Both the position numbers and the translations under genes were made by a program. The notes under the pieces were generated by a model, which was not told the origin of the DNA, did not search any database, and worked only from the letters and a program-made list of their open reading frames with translations. From positions 8,385 through 72,384 of the forward strand of contig JAAPAO010000114.1 of NCBI GenBank assembly GCA_013115145.1: 64,000 bases of DNA, written 5' to 3'. This DNA comes from Perkinsus chesapeaki ATCC PRA-425 (taxonomy: Eukaryota > Protista > Perkinsozoa). Below are positions 60,400 to 64,000 of the stretch, one piece after another; positions within the stretch are counted from its first letter, which is position 1; each line of letters opens with the position of its first letter.

Positions 60400-61576
60400 T
60401 TCCTTGAGTGTTGGAGACACGGTGGTTGTGGCAGGCTTGGAGAACCGGGCCGATTTGAACGGAGTGGTTGGAGAAATTACAAGCGTAATATGCGTCGCCC
60501 GATGCGAGACCTAGCAAAGGTTCTCTATTAATCAGATAAACGACGATGAGCGCTCTGTTGAGATTCGATGGCGAGCCGAAGACAAGCTGAAGGTCGCCCA
60601 GATTAGAGCACGCAATGTGAAGGTCATCGAACAGCGTCCACCTCCCAGTTTTGACAGCCAGGGGATAGACCATGAACAAATATATAAGAGTGAGTTCTCT
60701 GATAGTGACATACTACAATGTCTGTTGACGGCGCTGCCATGGCCGAATGACGTTGGCGCTTCGGCCATACGTAACGTACTGTACGTTACCCTTACTCGAG
60801 TGCGGCGCCACTGAGCCACCATGAGTTCGCGATTAATCGCTCGCGAATCATTACATGGACTACTTTCAGTCTTACAGTCATTGTAATGCAGTGAGCCCAG
60901 AATGCCGACACTGTCGGACCGACGGTGCTCAAGACTGTTCGGTGTATTGGACATATTAAATTTGAAGGACACGCTCCTCAGGTTGCCGAGTGCGAATATT
61001 CGGTTTGCAGAGTTCGACACATCTGAATGGACTTGAGGCTACAGCTCAATCTAAATCGGGCGATGGCAGGTGGAATACACGTATAAGCCACTTTGTTGAA
61101 CTTGAACCCCCTCAGATGGGTGGTTAAGTTACGGTCAAGCGATAAGTGGCTCACGATCGCTGGTAAAAACCTGGAGGTTATTGATGTTAGCGATGAAAAG
61201 TAATTCTCCAGGACCAGAGTTGCGGGCTGGATTTCTCCTGTCAGTGCCCGGCGAGCCAGCAAGGTGTGGGACTATGCTTCAATAAATCCCAGTGATCCCC
61301 GGTGGGCCATCGGCCAAACGATTGTTCGAGAAATGGGCCAAACGAGACTGGTGGGTAAGGTTATGAAATGGTGAGTGTGCTGATATATGAAAGCCGAAAG
61401 GTTGTAATTGGCCAGGCATGATTATCACATTGGCGCGTCTATACGGTACGAGGATGGAACAAGTGACTTCTTACCAATTAACGTCGTAAAGTCTATGCTT
61501 CTCGACCCTGCGATTCGGAGCGAGGCGCTGGAGGCCGCCAAGGAACGCATTGGGAGATTTGATGAGAAACCGTAGG
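60400..61576 (+). CDS. Possible multi-exon gene with SH3/KOW-like beta-barrel segments, unknown function
   Basis: LSVGDTVVVAGLENRADLNGVVGEIT...RSVEIRW...QIRARNVKVI (~60405-60630) and a terminal exon IRYEDGTSDFLP...RFDEKP* (~61440-61576). Confidence 0.3.
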
Positions 61577-64000
61577 GGTTTGGGCGCTTACGTTTCCGGG
61601 AAAGCCATCGAAGTAAAATACCGCTGATCTCAAGCCCTCCTCACTTGCTTGTGACGATCTTGAAATCTCCTCGTTATCGGCTCCTGTGTAGTCGAACTGG
61701 GTTGATTCCATTCTCAGTATTCTTTACAACCCACCTCCCCCATCACCAGAGCCAATCTCCACTCCCATGAGAAAGCGTCGTCGTCGTACGGAACCATCCA
61801 CAGATCAGGACGACTCTAGCCTTTCGTCCATTCTCGACAGTGGCTCATTAGAAGTAAGCATGAGTTGGACCTTTCTGCTGGTATATCGAAGTGTGCTAAT
61901 AAATCAGAGAGATGTTGCGATGATATCACCATAGCGATGCTCTCCGTAAAGTGCGCTGATTAGTAAACCCGCGGCGGTAGTTAAGATGCTGCCAAGAGGT
62001 TCCGAGTCACTCACTCGGAGTGAGATCGGAGTTAGAGTGTATGTCAGGCGTCATCTTCTAGCATCATGGAGGGCACTGCTCTCACTAAGAGTTCCGCTGC
62101 TTCATCGACGCCCGATCGCGCAGCCACCGCATCTTCCAGCAGGTATGTCTTATTTGCGATATACAGTCGATTGTGTCTGGTCAGTGCTTCGCGAACTCCG
62201 CCCAAAATCGAGGCCGAAGATTTCTCACCGACTAAACCGGTCATATACTTCAACAAGATTTTCTGTCAACATGAGGGTGGCGGTCAGGACAAAGGTGGAA
62301 AGTGAGCATTTCCCTCTTAAATAATAATATGCGGTAATTCGACACGGCAGGTGGCTCGATATGATCACTAGGAAGCTCCGTCGACGGAAGCTTGACAGTA
62401 GCTCTGGGCGTACCCTTTCTAATTCGTGTTCATGGATTGCTGAACCATTTCGTAGTGTAACAATTGAAGAAGTGAGTGTACTCGCCACAACTTGGGAACA
62501 ATAACCTAATAACAGGTGGCAGCCACTGGCGTTCATAGCGAAGACTATTTGAACGACCTTCAAGCTGTCAACCAGTATATTAACTCAGGCACCACGGCAA
62601 AGCACCCTGTAGCAATCGAACGTTAAATGTTCGGGGCGAACCGTATCTGTTGTAGTCCATCGACCTTGCCTCTCAAAAATGCTATTCTATTATTGGCCGA
62701 CGACGGGCTGAAGTACCCGGCGAATGTATAATGGATAAAACTACATTGGCTGCTACTTTATTGCGATGTGCTATGACAAGAGATGCATTCGAGACAGTAG
62801 GGCCTAGAGTAGATGGCCTCTAGAATCGAAACAACTGCACCATGCTCAGGTGTTGTCGAACGATGCGCCGGCTGCTCTGGTGTTGGCCCGACCGGCATGT
62901 CATCACGTACCATTTCGGCTGGATAATGTTGATAGTGCGGATGAGGTAAAACATGCTCTACAGATTTGATCCAGGCCTCCTGGCGATGAGTCTTCCGGTG
63001 GCGGTGGTGGCGGTAGTTACGATTTCCTTCTCCTCTCAGGGAGCGTCCTCGAGTAACACGGGAAGCCAGGATTCCATCAAGTAAGTGTGTCTGCGTTGTT
63101 TTGGTACATCCCCCGAGTGATAAGAAGATTGAGATATCACATTGCTTTATAGTATGGCCGTGGACATATAAAAATTGTGAAAAATGCATATACACATAAT
63201 GGTAGGAGGTGAGTATAGCGGCCACTGGTCGAACTAACAAGCCATAGGAAGTATCGGTGTATTGGAACGTGAGATTAATACGTAATTATGATGACTCATA
63301 ATGATAATATCGCGTGGTTGCCGTGATCTATCTGAGATTCAGGTGTCATCGATGTGAACAAGGCGATAACGAGAGGAGCTTGCTTGTCTGCGATAATCCC
63401 GATTGTGGTGATGGTTGGCATTCATTCTGTCTTCCCTATAGCCTGGGAAATGACGTACTTGTTATGAAGGAATTTAGAACAGGAAACTGGTGAGGCCAAT
63501 ACTTGTTCGTTGTCGACTCGTTTATTGCGCGATAATATTGGTAAGATGTTTTTCATGAAGTACTCTTGGGAGTATGAGAAATATTAGTGTTACGTGCCTT
63601 ATACATTCCAATAACTGCGCGCGTTAGAACCTTCGCGCGCCGGTATCTTTGACCGTAAGCATGAAACGGTCAATCGATTTCCGAATCTCTGATTCATTAG
63701 TCAATAAATAACCTTGAATGCACGAAATATTGTATCGCAGTGGGGAGGGCTGTTTGAATATGTGATGATAAGGAAATGGTATAGATCAATTGCGCATGAA
63801 CAGACACAGAAGACATGCAGCAAAATTCAGAAATAGGTAATTCAGGTCGCCAACTACAAATAGTCAGCTGAGCCCAGGCAGCTTCTTCTCCATAAACCAT
63901 AATCTTTCTTTGGGTAAAGCTCAATTAGGTATTGCCCGGAATGTCTGGGAACTCCTGGCCGGATTGCCCCCGAAGAGGCGGAAGCCTGTCGATTGCGAAT

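Overview
Eukaryotic genomic DNA with intron-rich genes (many 40-60 nt GT-AG introns). The style suggests an alveolate protist, probably Perkinsus-like; this is inference, no search was run. Host genes I can support: a coiled-coil protein, an RCC1-repeat protein, aprataxin, two intronless secreted-type proteins (one a nucleotide pyrophosphatase/phosphodiesterase-like protein with substituted catalytic residues), a GNAT, a divergent ALDH-superfamily gene, an ankyrin+bromodomain (BDP1-like) gene, tRNA-Gly(TCC), a multi-KH protein and a mitochondrial-type DnaJ. The standout feature is a complete, young 6.2 kb tyrosine-recombinase retrotransposon (Ngaro/PAT-type, 6552-12756). It has split direct repeats A1-gag-RT/RNaseH-YR-B1-A2-B2 and a shared 3-nt ATG crossover core. 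Its RT frame has no ATG for about 145 codons. A GTGAG donor containing the gag stop codon (7923) and a CAG acceptor (8619) join gag exactly in frame to RT, and a second acceptor (10938) would join gag in frame to the recombinase. This points to a splice-controlled retroelement, predicted from sequence only. The right end (55-60 kb) is a cluster of transposon relics (gag-like, hAT/BED, RT-RNaseH). Boundaries of spliced host genes are approximate, and family names come from recognised motifs, not database hits.
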